A DNA stretch of 64,000 nucleotides, from NCBI RefSeq assembly GCF_009914755.1, contig NC_060934.1; one strand, 5' to 3'. The DNA comes from the human T2T-CHM13v2.0 reference genome, Homo sapiens. The notes under the pieces were generated by a model. That model made no database searches. It saw only the letters and a list, made by a program, of their open reading frames with translations, and was not told where the DNA came from. Within the stretch, counting starts at the first letter, position 1, and each line of letters begins with the position of its first letter. Below, in pieces: positions 28,991 through 47,387 of this stretch. The position numbers and the translations under genes are program-made.

Positions 28991-30697
28991 GAGGCACTGA
29001 ATGTGTTCAGTTTCATTTTTGCCAATCCTAATTTCCTCAATACCTCTTTTTAAAAATGAATTCTGTGATGATGTGAGGAAAAGATATGGTTGTGCAGGAG
29101 TACCAAGGAGAGCCCGAAGAATGGAGCTCATTGGTGAGCCAGAAGAAAAGCAGCTATCAGACAGGAGGATGTGGGCAGAAAACTGAGCGTGCTGGCCGGG
29201 GCTTCCGCATGGATCAGGGGCTCCAGCCGTGCTTGGAGCAGGTGGTGAACGCAGAACCCAGGATCCCGGTGCATCTGTGGGGCTCCATGTGGACAGAGGC
29301 TGCCTGGCTGGGGAATGATGTCATTTCCTCTAGGATTAGCCAGCTTCTCCAGAAAATTCAGAAAATTATTCTTCTCTGATTAGTTTTCATTTCATCATGA
29401 TGTGTTCGTCATTACTTTACCTGTCTTAGTCAAAAACTTACAGCCTGTTTATATTAAGATGTAAGCCCCTGAACTTGGGATTCTCAGGAACTGAGTCTAA
29501 ACTTCCCATTAAATTGTACCGATGTTTGTTAAGAAAGCTATGTTGCCAACATAATGGGGCAGGTCATTTGAACAAAATTTATTACACCATTCTTGAGTCT
29601 TTAGGGATAGGAGTTTTGATTTCCTTATCATAAAACCAAAAATGCAGAGGAGTGCGATGAGTTAACCCATTATCATTGCATCATAAAAAAAAACAACCAG
29701 TGTATATTTATGTGGCTGCTCCTCAGGGTAGGGAGAAGAGAGAGACAGAGAGGTCTTGGGCCATGTTTGCAGGGGGATATGTCAGCCTACTGTCTGAGAA
29801 GCAGTGTGACCTTCCCAGGGAGAGATTTACAGTCTATGTAACATAAAACCTAAGGCAGACATCCAAACTTGGAAGCCAAACTTGGCCACCAGTGCATTTC
29901 GTGCAATTGGTCTCCATGGAGTTTCAGGAGAAAACAATATGAAAACTGGGAGGTGGTATATAAAAGTTCACATTTCCAGGTTTCCTTGAAAAATGAGAAC
30001 ATCTTACAAAACCAGGCACACCCTTCAGTGTGGAGATGATGATGCAGACGTGAGAAGCAGCCTCATGTGGGTACCTTCACCTCCACTGCACCCCCCATGT
30101 CCTCAGCTAAGGGGCAGAGGATTGCTGTTCATTTATCATCATACTTGCATGTTTTCCCCCTTTAGTAGGGAAATTGTTATCTATCTTTATGTTTCTATCA
30201 AAAGTGGGAAGTTAAAAGAGATGCATGTTTCCAAAAAAGTGATGGTAGTGTCTTCTTTGTGGAAAGGAAGAGCATCCCCACGTATCTTGGAGCACATTAT
30301 GGTTGCTTGAACTTTTCCTTCCTCCCAGCGATTTCTCATTTACTGAGCAGCTGGGCCACTGTAGCACTCAGGGGATGTGATCAGTCTTCATCAGCCTTGG
30401 GATGCCAAGGCTCCCTCAGGGGGTAGGTCGGGCCCTCTGGATCACTGAGAGCCTGACTCATGGAGTAGCACCCAGACCTTGGGCAATGTCGTGGAGAGCT
30501 GAGGGGGCTGGGATTTGCAGCCTGAGCAGAGAGTTAGGGCAGAAAGTGTCTAGAGCCTCAAGGCAGCTTGGGTAATGACTTCAGCACTGGGGCTAGGAGA
30601 GGCTGGGCCTCTACGACAAGCCACCAACAGTGACCTTCCCTGTGATGCCAGATCATGTGGAATCTACAGTTTGCAGTGTGGACCCAAACTCTTCTGA

Positions 30698-31027
<330 letters not shown>

Positions 31028-32346
31028 TCTCTCTGCATCCTTTGATGCTTCCCTTTGCCCTCCCAACCTCACCAAATGAGAGAGAGGCCTAAGGGAATTG
31101 GGAGAGCTGCTGCATTCTGCCTAACGAGAGAAACTCCTGGGAAAGCAGCGTTCTGAATGTGGGGCTTGTACAGAGTCAGGGCCAAGGGAAGTGGGCATAG
31201 CCTGCAGGGCTGGTCTGCTTCTCTCTGTAGGATGCAGGGCCAGCAGCTGTCCTTGGCCCTCTCCCATGTATCCTCAGGTGGGCCCCTGAATAAGAAATTC
31301 CCAAAAGTAGAAGGCACGATGTCCATATTTCTCCAGCACTTTGAATTTTCCAAAATGTCTCCCAGGACATTTCCTCCTCTGCCTCTCATCCCACCCTCAT
31401 GAGATTGGCAAGGGGGGCTGGCCAGATGAATTCAAAGGGTCATGTGGCTTCAAACCACTTCTATTTGAATTGAGAACCATTACCATGTATTTTGATCTAC
31501 TGCAGCCAAGTTCTTTTATGAATGGCTTCGTTTAAGCTGATATATAAAGAGAGAGTGCATTGCTCATATGCTCCACCTAAAGGGGCTGTGGTGTCATGGG
31601 CCCGCCCCCAAACCTGTAGAATCAGTGATTCCTGAAACCCCACTCTCCCCCAGCCCCTGGTGTGGGCCTTGCATCAGTTCAACATGACAAGTATCTATTA
31701 AAGGAGGCGGACATCTCCTCTATTCTGAGTCTTTAACTCATAATAAAATCCCTCACTTCCCTCTGCTGTGTCTGTCTGCAGTGGGTGCCAGCCCCCGGGA
31801 GGAGGGCTTCAGAAAAACAAGCCCCCAAAACAAGTCTCCATTCTTACTGTCCTTCTCCCCACTCTGGCGCACCTGTGTGGAGAGCAGGCCAGGTGAGCTC
31901 CCCGGAGGCTGTCCGGTCCAGCTTTCCTCCCTTTTGGAGGTAGGGTTTCCACCATTTCCTCCATGAGATTCACCCCCAGTTTATCATCTCTGACATTTAC
32001 AGCAGGAAGATTGGGGTCACTAGGACTCCTGGGCTGGGGAATGGAGCCGCTGACTCACACAGAGACTTACAGGGTGGGTAGAATCCGAGCAACTCAATAC
32101 CCAGAAGGCATCTGAGGATCAATACAGCAGGAATCACAGCTCATCTCTGGAAGGGCAGCAGCCCTGAGGCCAGCAGGGCATGAGTTTACAGAGCCATTCC
32201 AGGACCTGTGATTTACGGCAGACTGGTCAGACAGGCAGAGAGGCCTGAGCTCTGTGGCTCTCTGAACAGAAACAACTCACCCTGGGGGAAGGGAAGTGAC
32301 CAGGGCCAGCTTTCTCTCCCCACAGGTCTGTCTCCCTCCCACCTGT

Positions 32347-32620
32347 TCTTTTTAAATAACATACTTATTGAGACATAATTCACATATCATACAAGTAACC
32401 TATTTAAAGTATAAAATTCGGTGGGCTCTTTATATTCACAGATTTGTGGAACCATCTGTGCCCATTTGGCTCCACTCCCTAGGCAGTCACTTTCTCTCTC
32501 TATGGATTTGCCTGGTGTGGACACTTCAAATACTACGTGGGCCTTTGTGGTTGGCTCCTTTCATTTAATATAATGTTTATAAAGCTCATCCATGTTGTAG
32601 CATGTATCAGGACTTCATTC
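32347..32620 (-). mobile_element. L1MB/ME 3'-end fragment
   Basis: TTATTGAGACATAATTCACATATCATACAA…CTCATCCATGTTGTAGCATGTATCAG. Confidence 0.65.
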
Positions 32621-34380
<1,760 letters not shown>

Positions 34381-37299
34381 ATACAATTGAAAGTCTCCCT
34401 GCATCTGCCATCAACCCACTTCTATGTAACTGAGTCCTGCACTGTCCCGTGAATGAGTTCTGGGGCCATAAGGGCTGTATTTTTGTTGTATTTTTAAATT
34501 TTCAATTATTTTCCAGATTGAAAAGTGATACATGTACATCATAGAAAATCTGGAAAAAAAGAGCAATACAAAAGAAACTGTGTTGCCTGTAATTTCACCA
34601 CTCACAAAGAATATATGCATATATGTATGTATGTATGAGTGTGTGTATCTATATTATCCATATATCCTTCCCGTCTCTATATCTGTATAGCGGAAAGTTT
34701 TTCTCTTATAGAAAATAACACTATTCTGTGTCTAACATAGTTGTAACATGTCTTTTTCCTATAGAATATATTCCTTCTCCAAATCATTAAATGTTCGTTC
34801 TTCATCTCTTTTAGTTGTTACATAGTGTTTAATCACATTCATGTAAAGGAAGTGCATCAGTTACTTTTGGACAACCCATGCTTGGCACAGTATGCCATAG
34901 GTGCTCGATGAATGTTGGATGAATGAATGGACAGAGCCATGTGACCAGCTGGAAGTCCACAATGCCTGGCGAGTCCCTCGCTGAGAATTAAATTGTCCAG
35001 CCAGGACCCATAAAGGAAGAAAGAGCCCGTGTCCAGGCTTGTGGGAAATCACCAGGAAGGGTCATGGCTCTGTGTTCTCGGCTCTCCCAGAATTGGTCCT
35101 CCAGATCCCACTGGGAAGGAAGGCCCACTTCTGGCACACCCTAGAAGGCTCACTGCAAGATACCTTGCAATTCTGTCTTCCCTTCAAACTCCTTCTTGCA
35201 CCTCCAGGCCATCACGCATTGACTCATGTGGTTGTTCAGTCTGCACCGTCTACCCAGTATTTCCTAATGGCAGCCCCAATCTGACATCGGCTCCAGTCGC
35301 AGGGACACCTCCGGTGTGCACGTTCCCTGACCCCCTCTAACACCTCCACTGTGCCCCCCTTTTTCCCCAGCACTCAGTGCAAGTGTCAGACAGAAGCCTT
35401 GGCCATCTGCTGGATTAATGTGTTCTTATGTCTGCCTCATGCATTAGACTCCAGATTCCCGGCCTCAGCCCTCTGTGAATGCCTGTGGAAGGAGTAACAC
35501 GCAGGGCGAGACCAGCTTGCCTCTGCAGAGGAGCAGAGAGCTTCACGCCCCACAGCCACTGACCTCACAGCTCAGAGGGGAGTGGGTGGCAGCTGCCTGG
35601 ACTGGGGTTGGTGTCCCTGGAAAACATTTGCCCTTGCTTTGCCTTGTCTCCAATGCCAGAGAGTTGCCAGAGAGCAGGAAGAAGACAAGGATCCCTTGGC
35701 ATGTTTCCTAACCATGCTTTATGAAAGAGAAAGTCATCTTTATTACATTTAATTTAGAGAAGGGGGTTATGGGCACTTCATCTGGTGCTCACTTCAGAGC
35801 AGCTGTTCAGCATTACTGAGGAGAAGGATGAGTGACTTGTGTTCCTTGCTTCATGCCAGATAATCCAAAGAATAGACACAATGGCGTCTCTCCTGACAGG
35901 CAGAGTTCCTGGAACCAGGAAGCTTTCTTCCAAATCCCCTAGGCCTAAGTCCCAAGATTTTTCTTCTTTTTGTCCCAAGGCTTGATTTAGTCAATAGATA
36001 TTTCCTAGTGCTCACTCTGAGCCTGGTCCAGGGCTGCAGCTGGGAGCTGGAGCTCAGGATGAGTCAACCAGGAGCTGCCATGTGGCAATGGACTGTCCAC
36101 TATGAGAGAGCACAGGAGCAGAGCTGTAACTGCAAATTTAAGCAGCAAAAGGATTTGCTGAGTGTGTACAGAGATACTCCCACAACTCAGGGGAAGGCTG
36201 GTGAGCAAGGCTTGGAACCAAGGGAGGTTAGACAACAGGAAAAGCAGCTGAGATAAGCCACGATTTCCATTGTTTTTGGAAGCCATTCCTGGGCCTTTGG
36301 CTGTCTTGAATATTTTCTCAAGTGTCCCTAAACATTTGTGTCACTCTCTCTGGATTTAAGGTACTACATGGGAGCGACCCAGTGGACAAATTTACATCAT
36401 TTGCCTGCACTGTGGATGGTGACTGTGTGCAGAGAGAACTGGCTGGTCCTTTTGGATTCTGAGGAGAGAGTGACCTCACAGTGGCACCTGCCTACAGCCA
36501 GCATTTCTATTCAGATTTCTTCCTTTAAAATTGGTCTTCTGGTTATAGAAGGGAGATATACCTAGAAGAGGTATACCCAGAATCTTCAAAGGTAAGGATG
36601 AAGTTCCATCTCTTAAGCTGGACATGAATTTTTTGGTGTGTGTGGGGGTCATTTCTCAACTCAATACAGTGGGATACATATATGTATCACTCCCAGGCCT
36701 CAACAGAAAGCCAGCCCAGGACACAAGCTGTGGGGGAGTCTGTCTGCAATTTCCAGATTTGCAGGTAGATGCCTTCTAAAGATGTTTGCATTTTAAATTT
36801 TTTACTTTCCAATGACTTCATTTTAAATTTAAAAATAAATTCCTGGTGGTAAAGGTTATCTGTCTTTCTGGCTACAGTTAAGGCAGAGTTTGCTTAAATC
36901 TTGCAAAGAAAAACTTTGACCTGTCAGTAACTGGAAGAAACACATTTCTAATCTCAAGAAAATTGTAGTCAACTCACTCTAGGGTTTCCAGCCAAGTAAC
37001 AAGGATTTAGAGTCCAGAAATATGGTGGTCCTGAGCTGTCTAGTCACATCTTCCTTAAACTACAGCTGAGTCACAGTTACTCTGCAGAATGAAGAATGAT
37101 TGCCAAGCTTCTCATGGTGTTCTCATATCTCCTTCCTCCACACACACATAGTGAGACTCCTCTGGGAGTGTGCGTTTGATTAGTGTCGAAGCATTTTCAG
37201 CATCACTCATTGTTTTTATTAGTGCTTATCCATTTTTTCCCCTGGATAACCCAAACATAGAGTTTCACCTGAGCATCATTAGAATTTCAAGTTGCTGCT

Positions 37300-37920
37300 A
37301 CAAATATGTACTTATTCAGCATATACTTTTTGAGTGCCTACCAAACTGTAGCCATGGGGATGAGGACAAAGACCTGGCCCTTTCTTGGAGATTATCTTCT
37401 GGGGTGAGAGATGGGTCAGCAAAGGGCAAGTAGAATTCAGCGTGGGAAGGGCTCTGAGTGGGTTAATCACAGGGCATCACAGGAGTGTGTGCAGGGGTCT
37501 CAATCTTGACCAGGGAAGTTGAGGTGAGTGGCCTAGGCTGAGGCAGCAGGAGGATATGGAGGGAAAGAAGCATGGGAGAGAGTTTAGAGGGCAGAGTTGC
37601 TTGGACCCTGGACTGTGTGGATGTGGGGTGCAATGCTGTGGGAGGACAATGTGCAGGGAGACCCTGCTGGGGCCACCTTGTAGAGGGGCCCCCTGTCCTT
37701 TTTATAAGAGACAAGAGGCAGGTTGTTTGGAGGAGCAGGGCGGGGAAGAGAATGAGTTCAGCTTCAGAACACATTGGTTTTGTTGCCAAAGGAATATTTA
37801 AGTGGAGCTTTCCAGTTGAGAGTTTGAATTCCGGGAGCACCGAGAGGGAGACTTACATTTCAAAGTTATCAGCACATATATGATCCACAAATGGGAGTAG
37901 ATAAGTGAATCCAGAGACAA
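37300..37920 (-). mobile_element. L2 fragment
   Basis: ATTCAGCATATACTTTTTGAGTGCCTACC…ATGAGTTCAGCTTCAGAACACATTG. Confidence 0.5.
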
Positions 37921-38259
37921 GGTTCAGTGAGAAGAAAAGTTGTCCTAAGACAGGATCCAAAGCACGTCCTAAGACAGAACTGCCAACAGATAGGTGGGGG
38001 AGGAACAGTCCTTGAGAGAAGCATTCCCCACAGGGCAGTCAATATTTTGTCCAAATGAACTTGCAGCTCCCCGGTAAATCTCTGTTCTCAGAGTGTGGTG
38101 GCTCTTTGATTGAATTCAGAGCTCAGCTCAGCTGGGGAAGCAGCGGGGGCGGTGGGGGTGGGCAGTGGGGAAGGGAGGAAACCTATTCCCAGGACGGTAC
38201 TGAACCAACAGCAAGTTGCTGGCAACATCTCAGCTGCCTAAGGCTGTAATTTTATTTAG

Positions 38260-39172
38260 GGCAAACAAGAGTCCAGCTGGGAATTGAAAAGGAAATCCTG
38301 GACAACTAGACTACCATAGGAAACTGAGCAATTCTGGCATAGTCCTGGAGATCTAATAAGCTGTACACTTCCCCAAGGCTGTGCACATGCATAGGAAGGA
38401 TCTGGAAAAGAGAAGTCACCAGTGTCTTACCTTTGGCTGACCACAAGGCCCTGCACAAGGAGGAAATGAAAGCTAATGCTACACTGAAAAATGCCTGAAG
38501 TTTGAAGACTTAACTTCTCACACAGATCTCCTTGGCAAATGGTTGAAGACATGCAGGCAAGGCATTTCAGGAAATTTCCCCACCAATCATTGGCTGACCA
38601 ATAAATTATGCTGACCCAGGTATGACCCCAGGAATCCAGGCTTAAAAATAGAAAAAAAGAACTTAAAAAAGTAGCAAAAACTTCATAGCCACACACCACA
38701 AGTAATATAGAATCTACAAATTTAGTCCAGAAAAGTCACTAAACCAGTAATTAGCAATGAGGAAAAACAATAACAATAAGCCAGCAACAAAAAATAAATC
38801 TTGGGGAAGGAATCTGATATCACAGTTGTTGCAATATAGAATATCAACTCACATGTCCAACTTTCAACAAAAAAATTATGAGGCATACAAAGAAATAAGA
38901 AAGTATGACACATGTATAGGAACAAAAGCAAGCAACAGAAAATGTCCTTGAGAAGGCAGATTCTGGGTTTACTATACAAAGACTTTAAATCAGTTATTTT
39001 ATACATGTACAAAGATAAACATTTATAATATAAATGCAAATATTTCTATGTTGTAAATATATATTTATATAATATAAATATTTACATTCACATACCATGT
39101 CCAAAACATCAAAAGAAAGTATGACATGGATGTCTTACCAAATAGAGAATATCAATAAAGACAGAGATTTAA
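38260..39172 (+). mobile_element. Ancient L1ME-type 5' region and ORF1 start; resumes at ~52860
   Basis: GACTTTAAATCAGTTATT…AAATAGAGAATATCAATAAAG are L1M ORF1-type motifs. Confidence 0.5.
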
Positions 39173-41570
39173 GGCGTTCCAAGATGGCCAAATAGGAACA
39201 GCTCTGGTCTGCAGCTCCCAGCATGATCAATGTAGAAGACAGGTGATTTCTACATTTCCAACTAAGGTACCTGGTTCATCTCATTGGGACCGGTTGGACA
39301 GTGGGTGCAGCCCATGAAGGGCAAGCCGAAGCAGGAGGGCAGGGTGTTGCCTCACCCGGGAAGCACAAGGGTTCGGGGAATTTCCCTTTCCTAGCCAAAG
39401 GAAGCTGTGACAGATTATCTGGAAAAACGGGACACTCCTGCCCAAATACTGTGCTTTTCCCAAGGTCTTGCAACCGGCAGACAAGGTGATTCTCTCCCGT
39501 GCCTGGCTCAGCAGCTCCCATACCCACAAATCCTTGCTCACTGCTAGAGCAGCAGTATGAGATTGAGCTGTGAGATGGCAGCCTAGCTGGGGGAGGGGTG
39601 TCTGCCATTGCTGAGGCTTGAGTAGGTAAAAAAAGTGGCCCAGGAAGCTTGAACTGGGTGGAGCCCACCGCAGCTCAACAAGCCCTACTGCCTCTGGACT
39701 CCACCTCTGCGGGCAGGGCATAGCTGAATAAAAGGCAGCAGACAACTTCTGCAGACTTAAACCTCCCTGTCTGACAGCTCTGAAGAGAGCAGTGATTCTG
39801 TCAGCATGGCATTTGAGCTCTGAGAATGGACAGACTGCCTCCTCAAGTGGGTCTCTGACCGCTGTGTAGCCTAACTGGAAGACACCTCCCAGTAGGGGTT
39901 GACTGACACTTTGTATAGGCAGCTGCCCCTCTGGGACGAAACATCCAGAGGAAGGATCAGGCAGCAATATTTGCTGTTCTGCAATATTTGCTGTTCTGCA
40001 GCTTCTGCTGGTGATACCCAGGCAAACAGGTCTGGAGTGGAACTCCAGCAAATGCCAACAGACTTGCAGCTGAGGGACCTGACTGTTAGAAGGAAAACTA
40101 ACAAACAGAAAGGAATAGCATCAACATCAACAAAAAGGACATCCACACCAAAACCCCATCTGTAGGTCACCATCATCAAAGACCAAAAGTAGATAAAACC
40201 ACAAAGATGGGGAGAAACCAGAGCTGAAAAGCTGAAAATTGTAAAAATCAGAGCACCTCTTCTCCTCCAAAGGATCACAGCTCCTCACCAGCAATGGAAC
40301 AAAGCTAGATGGGAAATGACTTTGATGAGTTGACAGAAGTAGGCTTCAGAAGGTCGGTAATAACAAACTTCTCCGAGCTAAAGGAGGATGTTAGAACCCA
40401 TTGCAAAGAAGCTAAAAACCTTGAAAAAAGATTAGGTGAATGGCTAACTAGAATAAACAACGTAGAGAAGACCTTAAATGACCTGACGGAGCTAAAAGCC
40501 ATGGAACAAGAACTTCGTGATGCACGCACAGGCTTCAATAGCCAATTCGATCAAGTGGAAGAAAGGGTATCAGTGACTGAAGATCAAATTAATGAGATAA
40601 AGTGAGAAGAGAAATTTAGAGACAAAAGAGTAAAAAGAAATGAAAGAAGGCTCCAACAAATATGGGACTATGTGAAAAGACCAAATCTACGTTTGATTGG
40701 TGTACTGGAAAGTGATGGGGAGAATGGAAACAAGTTGGAAAACACTCTTCAGGATATTATCCAGGAGAACTTCCCCAACCTAGCAAGGCAGGCCAACATT
40801 CAAATTCAGGAAATACAGAGAACGCCACAAAGATGCTCCTCAAGAAGAGCAACCCCAAAACACATAATTGTCAGATTCACCAAGTTTGAAATGAAGGAAA
40901 AGGTGTTAAGGGCAGCCAAAGAGAAAGGTGAAGTTACCCACAAAGGGAAGCCCATCAGACTAAAAGCAGATCTCTCAGCAGAAACCCTACAAGCCAGAAG
41001 AGAATGGGGGCCAATATTCAACATTCTTAAAGAAAAGAATTTTCAACACAGAATTTCATATCCAGCCAAACTAAGCCTCGTAAGTGAAGGAGAAATAAAA
41101 TCCTTTACAGAGAACCAAATGCTCAGAGATTTTGTCACCACCAGGCCTGCCTTACAAGAGCTCCTGAAGGAAGCACTCAACATGGAAAGAAACAATCAGT
41201 ACCAGCCACTGCAAAAACAAGCCAAATTGTAAAGGCTATCGATGCTATGAAGAAACTGCATCAATTAACAGGCAAAATAACCAGCAAACATCATAATGAC
41301 AGGATAAAATTCACACATAACAATATTAACCTTAAATGTAAATGGGGTAAATGTCCCGATTAAAAGACACAGATGGGCTAATTGGATAAAGAGTCAAGAT
41401 CCAGCAGTGTGCCGTATTCAGGAGACCCATTTCACGTGCAAAGACTCACATAGGCTCAAAATAAAGAGATGGAGGAAGATCTACTAAGCAAATTGAAAGC
41501 AAAAAAAAAAAAAAAAAGTGGGGGTTGCAATCCTAGTCTCTGATAAACAGACTTTCTTTTTTTTTTTTTT

Positions 41571-41667
41571 AAACAATTATTCATTTTTGTTTAAGACATC
41601 AGGAGTACTAATAAAGAACCAACTGGTAAACTGCTGATAATTCCATATAATATATCTAGCACTACAA
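41571..41667 (-). other. ~97-bp unique sequence between the inner TSD and the outer poly(A): candidate 3' transduction
   Basis: Non-L1 sequence lying between two A-tails. Confidence 0.8.
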
Positions 41668-41894
41668 CTACACTGAATCATTTTTTTTTTATATACTTTA
41701 AGTTTTAGGGTACATGTGCACATTGTGCAGGTTAGTTACATATGTATACATGTGCCATGCTGGTGCGCTGCACCCACTAACTCGTCATCTAGCATTAGGT
41801 ATATCTCCCAATGCTATCCCTCCCCCCTCCCCCCACCCCACCACAGTCCCCAGAGTGTGATATTCCCCTTCCTGTGTCCATGTGATCTCATTGT

Positions 41895-45737
<3,843 letters not shown>

Positions 45738-45785
45738 TTATTTTGCTCGTTAGTTGATGCAGTTTCTTCCTAGTCTCGATGGTCT

Positions 45786-46802
45786 TTACATTTTGGCATG
45801 ATTTTGCAGCGGCTGGTACCGGTTGTTCCTTTCCATGTTTAGCGCTTCCTTCAGGAGCTCTTTTAGGGCAGGCCTGGTGGTGACAAAATCTCTCAGCATT
45901 TGCTTGTCTGTAAAGTATTTTATTTCTCCTTCACTTATGAAGCTTAGTTTGGCTGGATATGAAATTCTGTGTTGAAAATTCTTTTCTTTAAGAATGTTGA
46001 ATATTGGCCCCCACTCTCTTCTGGCTTGTAGGGTTTCTGCCAAGAGATCTGCTGTTAGTCTGATGGGCTTCCCTTTGTAGGTAACCCGACCTTTCTCTCT
46101 GGCTGCCCTTAACATTTTTTCCTTCATTTCAACTTTGGTGAATCTGACAATTATGTGTCTTGGAGTTGCTCTTCTTGAGGAGTATCTTTGTGGCATTCTC
46201 TGTATTTCCTGAATCTGAACGTTGGCCTGCCTTGCTAGATTGGGGAAGTTCTCCTGGATAATATCCTGCAGAGTGTTTTCCAACTTGGTTCCATTCTCTG
46301 CCTCACTTTCAGGTACACCAATCAGACGTAGATTTGGTCTTTTCACGTAGTCCCATATTTCTTGGAGGCTTTGCTCATTTCTTTTTATTCTTTTTTCTCC
46401 AAACTTCCCTTCTCACTTCATTTCATTCATTTCATCTTCCATCACTGATACCCTTTCTTCCAGTTGATCGCATCGGCTCCTGAGGCTTCTGCATTCTTCA
46501 CGTAGTTCTCGAGCCTTGGTTTTCAGCTCCATCAGCTCCTTTAAGCACTTCTCTGTATTGGTTATTCTAGTTATACATTCTTCTAAATTTTTCTCAAAGT
46601 TTTCAACTTCTTTGCCTTTGGTTTGAATGTCCTCCTGTAGCTCAGAGTAATTTGATCGTCTGAAGCCTTCTTCTCTCAGCTCGTCAACATCATTCTCCAT
46701 CCAGCTTTGTTCCGTTGCTGGTGAGGAACTGCGTTCCTTTGGAGGAGGAGAGGTGCTCTGCGTTTTAGAGTTTCCAGTTTTTCTGTTCTGTTTTTTCCCC
46801 AT
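45786..46802 (-). pseudogene. LINE-1 ORF1 (1017 nt, frame intact) with a single premature TGA at codon 130 (46413-46415)
   Basis: MGKKQNRK…EMNEMK* then in-frame EGKFGEKRIKRNEQSLQEIWDYVKRPNL…QNHAKM; consistent with CGA>TGA. Confidence 0.9.
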
Positions 46803-47193
46803 CTTTGTGGTTTTGTCTACTTTTGGTCTTTGATGATGGTGATGTACAGATGGGTTTTCGGTGTGGATGTCCTTTCTGTTTGTTAGTTTTCCTTCTAACA
46901 GACAGGACCCTCAGCTGCAGGTCTGTTGGAATACCCTGCCGTGTGAGGTGTCAGTGTGCCCCTGCTGGGTGGTGCCTCCCAGTTAGGCTGCTCGGGGGTC
47001 AGGGGTCAGGGATCCACTTGAGGAGGCAGTCTGCCCGTTCTCAGATCTCCAGCTGCGTGCTGGGAGAAGCATTGCTCTCTTCAAAGCTCAGATGGAAATG
47101 CAGAAATCACCCGTCTTCTGCGTGGCTCACGCTGGGAGCTGTAGACCGGAGCTGTTCCTATTCGGCCATCTTAGCTCCTCCCCCTACACTGAA

Positions 47194-47387
47194 TCATTTA
47201 TTTTGAGCCAGGGCTTGAAGCAGACAATCCAAGCATCCTTCTAAACTATCCTCGGTCTTGTCAACAGCTGTTATCTTCAGCTTCTTCAAGGTATCACTGA
47301 GATTATCCATGTTGCTCCCCGAGGGTGAGGAACCGGCGGGGCGAGGCGAAGGTCTGTGGTGCGGGCGGCGCAGCTCTGTGTCCTCCC
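47194..47387 (-). pseudogene. RAP1GDS1: Processed 5' fragment of RAP1GDS1 (SmgGDS): 77 nt of GC-rich 5'UTR plus codons 1-37, then K and stop
   Basis: ATG at 47310 translates MDNLSDTLKKLKITAVDKTEDSLEGCLDCLLQALAQN, which I recognise as the SmgGDS N-terminus. The UTR retains many CpGs. Confidence 0.9.

Noticed and set aside
39150-39172. Possible TSD for the L1PA6-like element (vs ~51175-51197)
   Set aside because: Only a loose A/G-rich resemblance; too degenerate to call.
39964-39997. 17-bp tandem duplication GCAATATTTGCTGTTCT x2 in the L1 5'UTR
   Set aside because: I recall this as a subfamily-level feature of L1PA5/6-age 5'UTRs rather than a locus-specific event.
39281-40051. 256-aa minus-strand ORF and similar ORFs at 12272-13327
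   Set aside because: Chance frames in GC-rich L1 5'UTRs with no recognisable domain; not supportable as genes.
40603-40605. Same-position ORF1 TGA in the L1PA6 copy as in the L1PA2 copy (46413-46415)
   Set aside because: Neighbouring bases differ between the copies; parallel CpG decay of a CGA codon is simpler than conversion.
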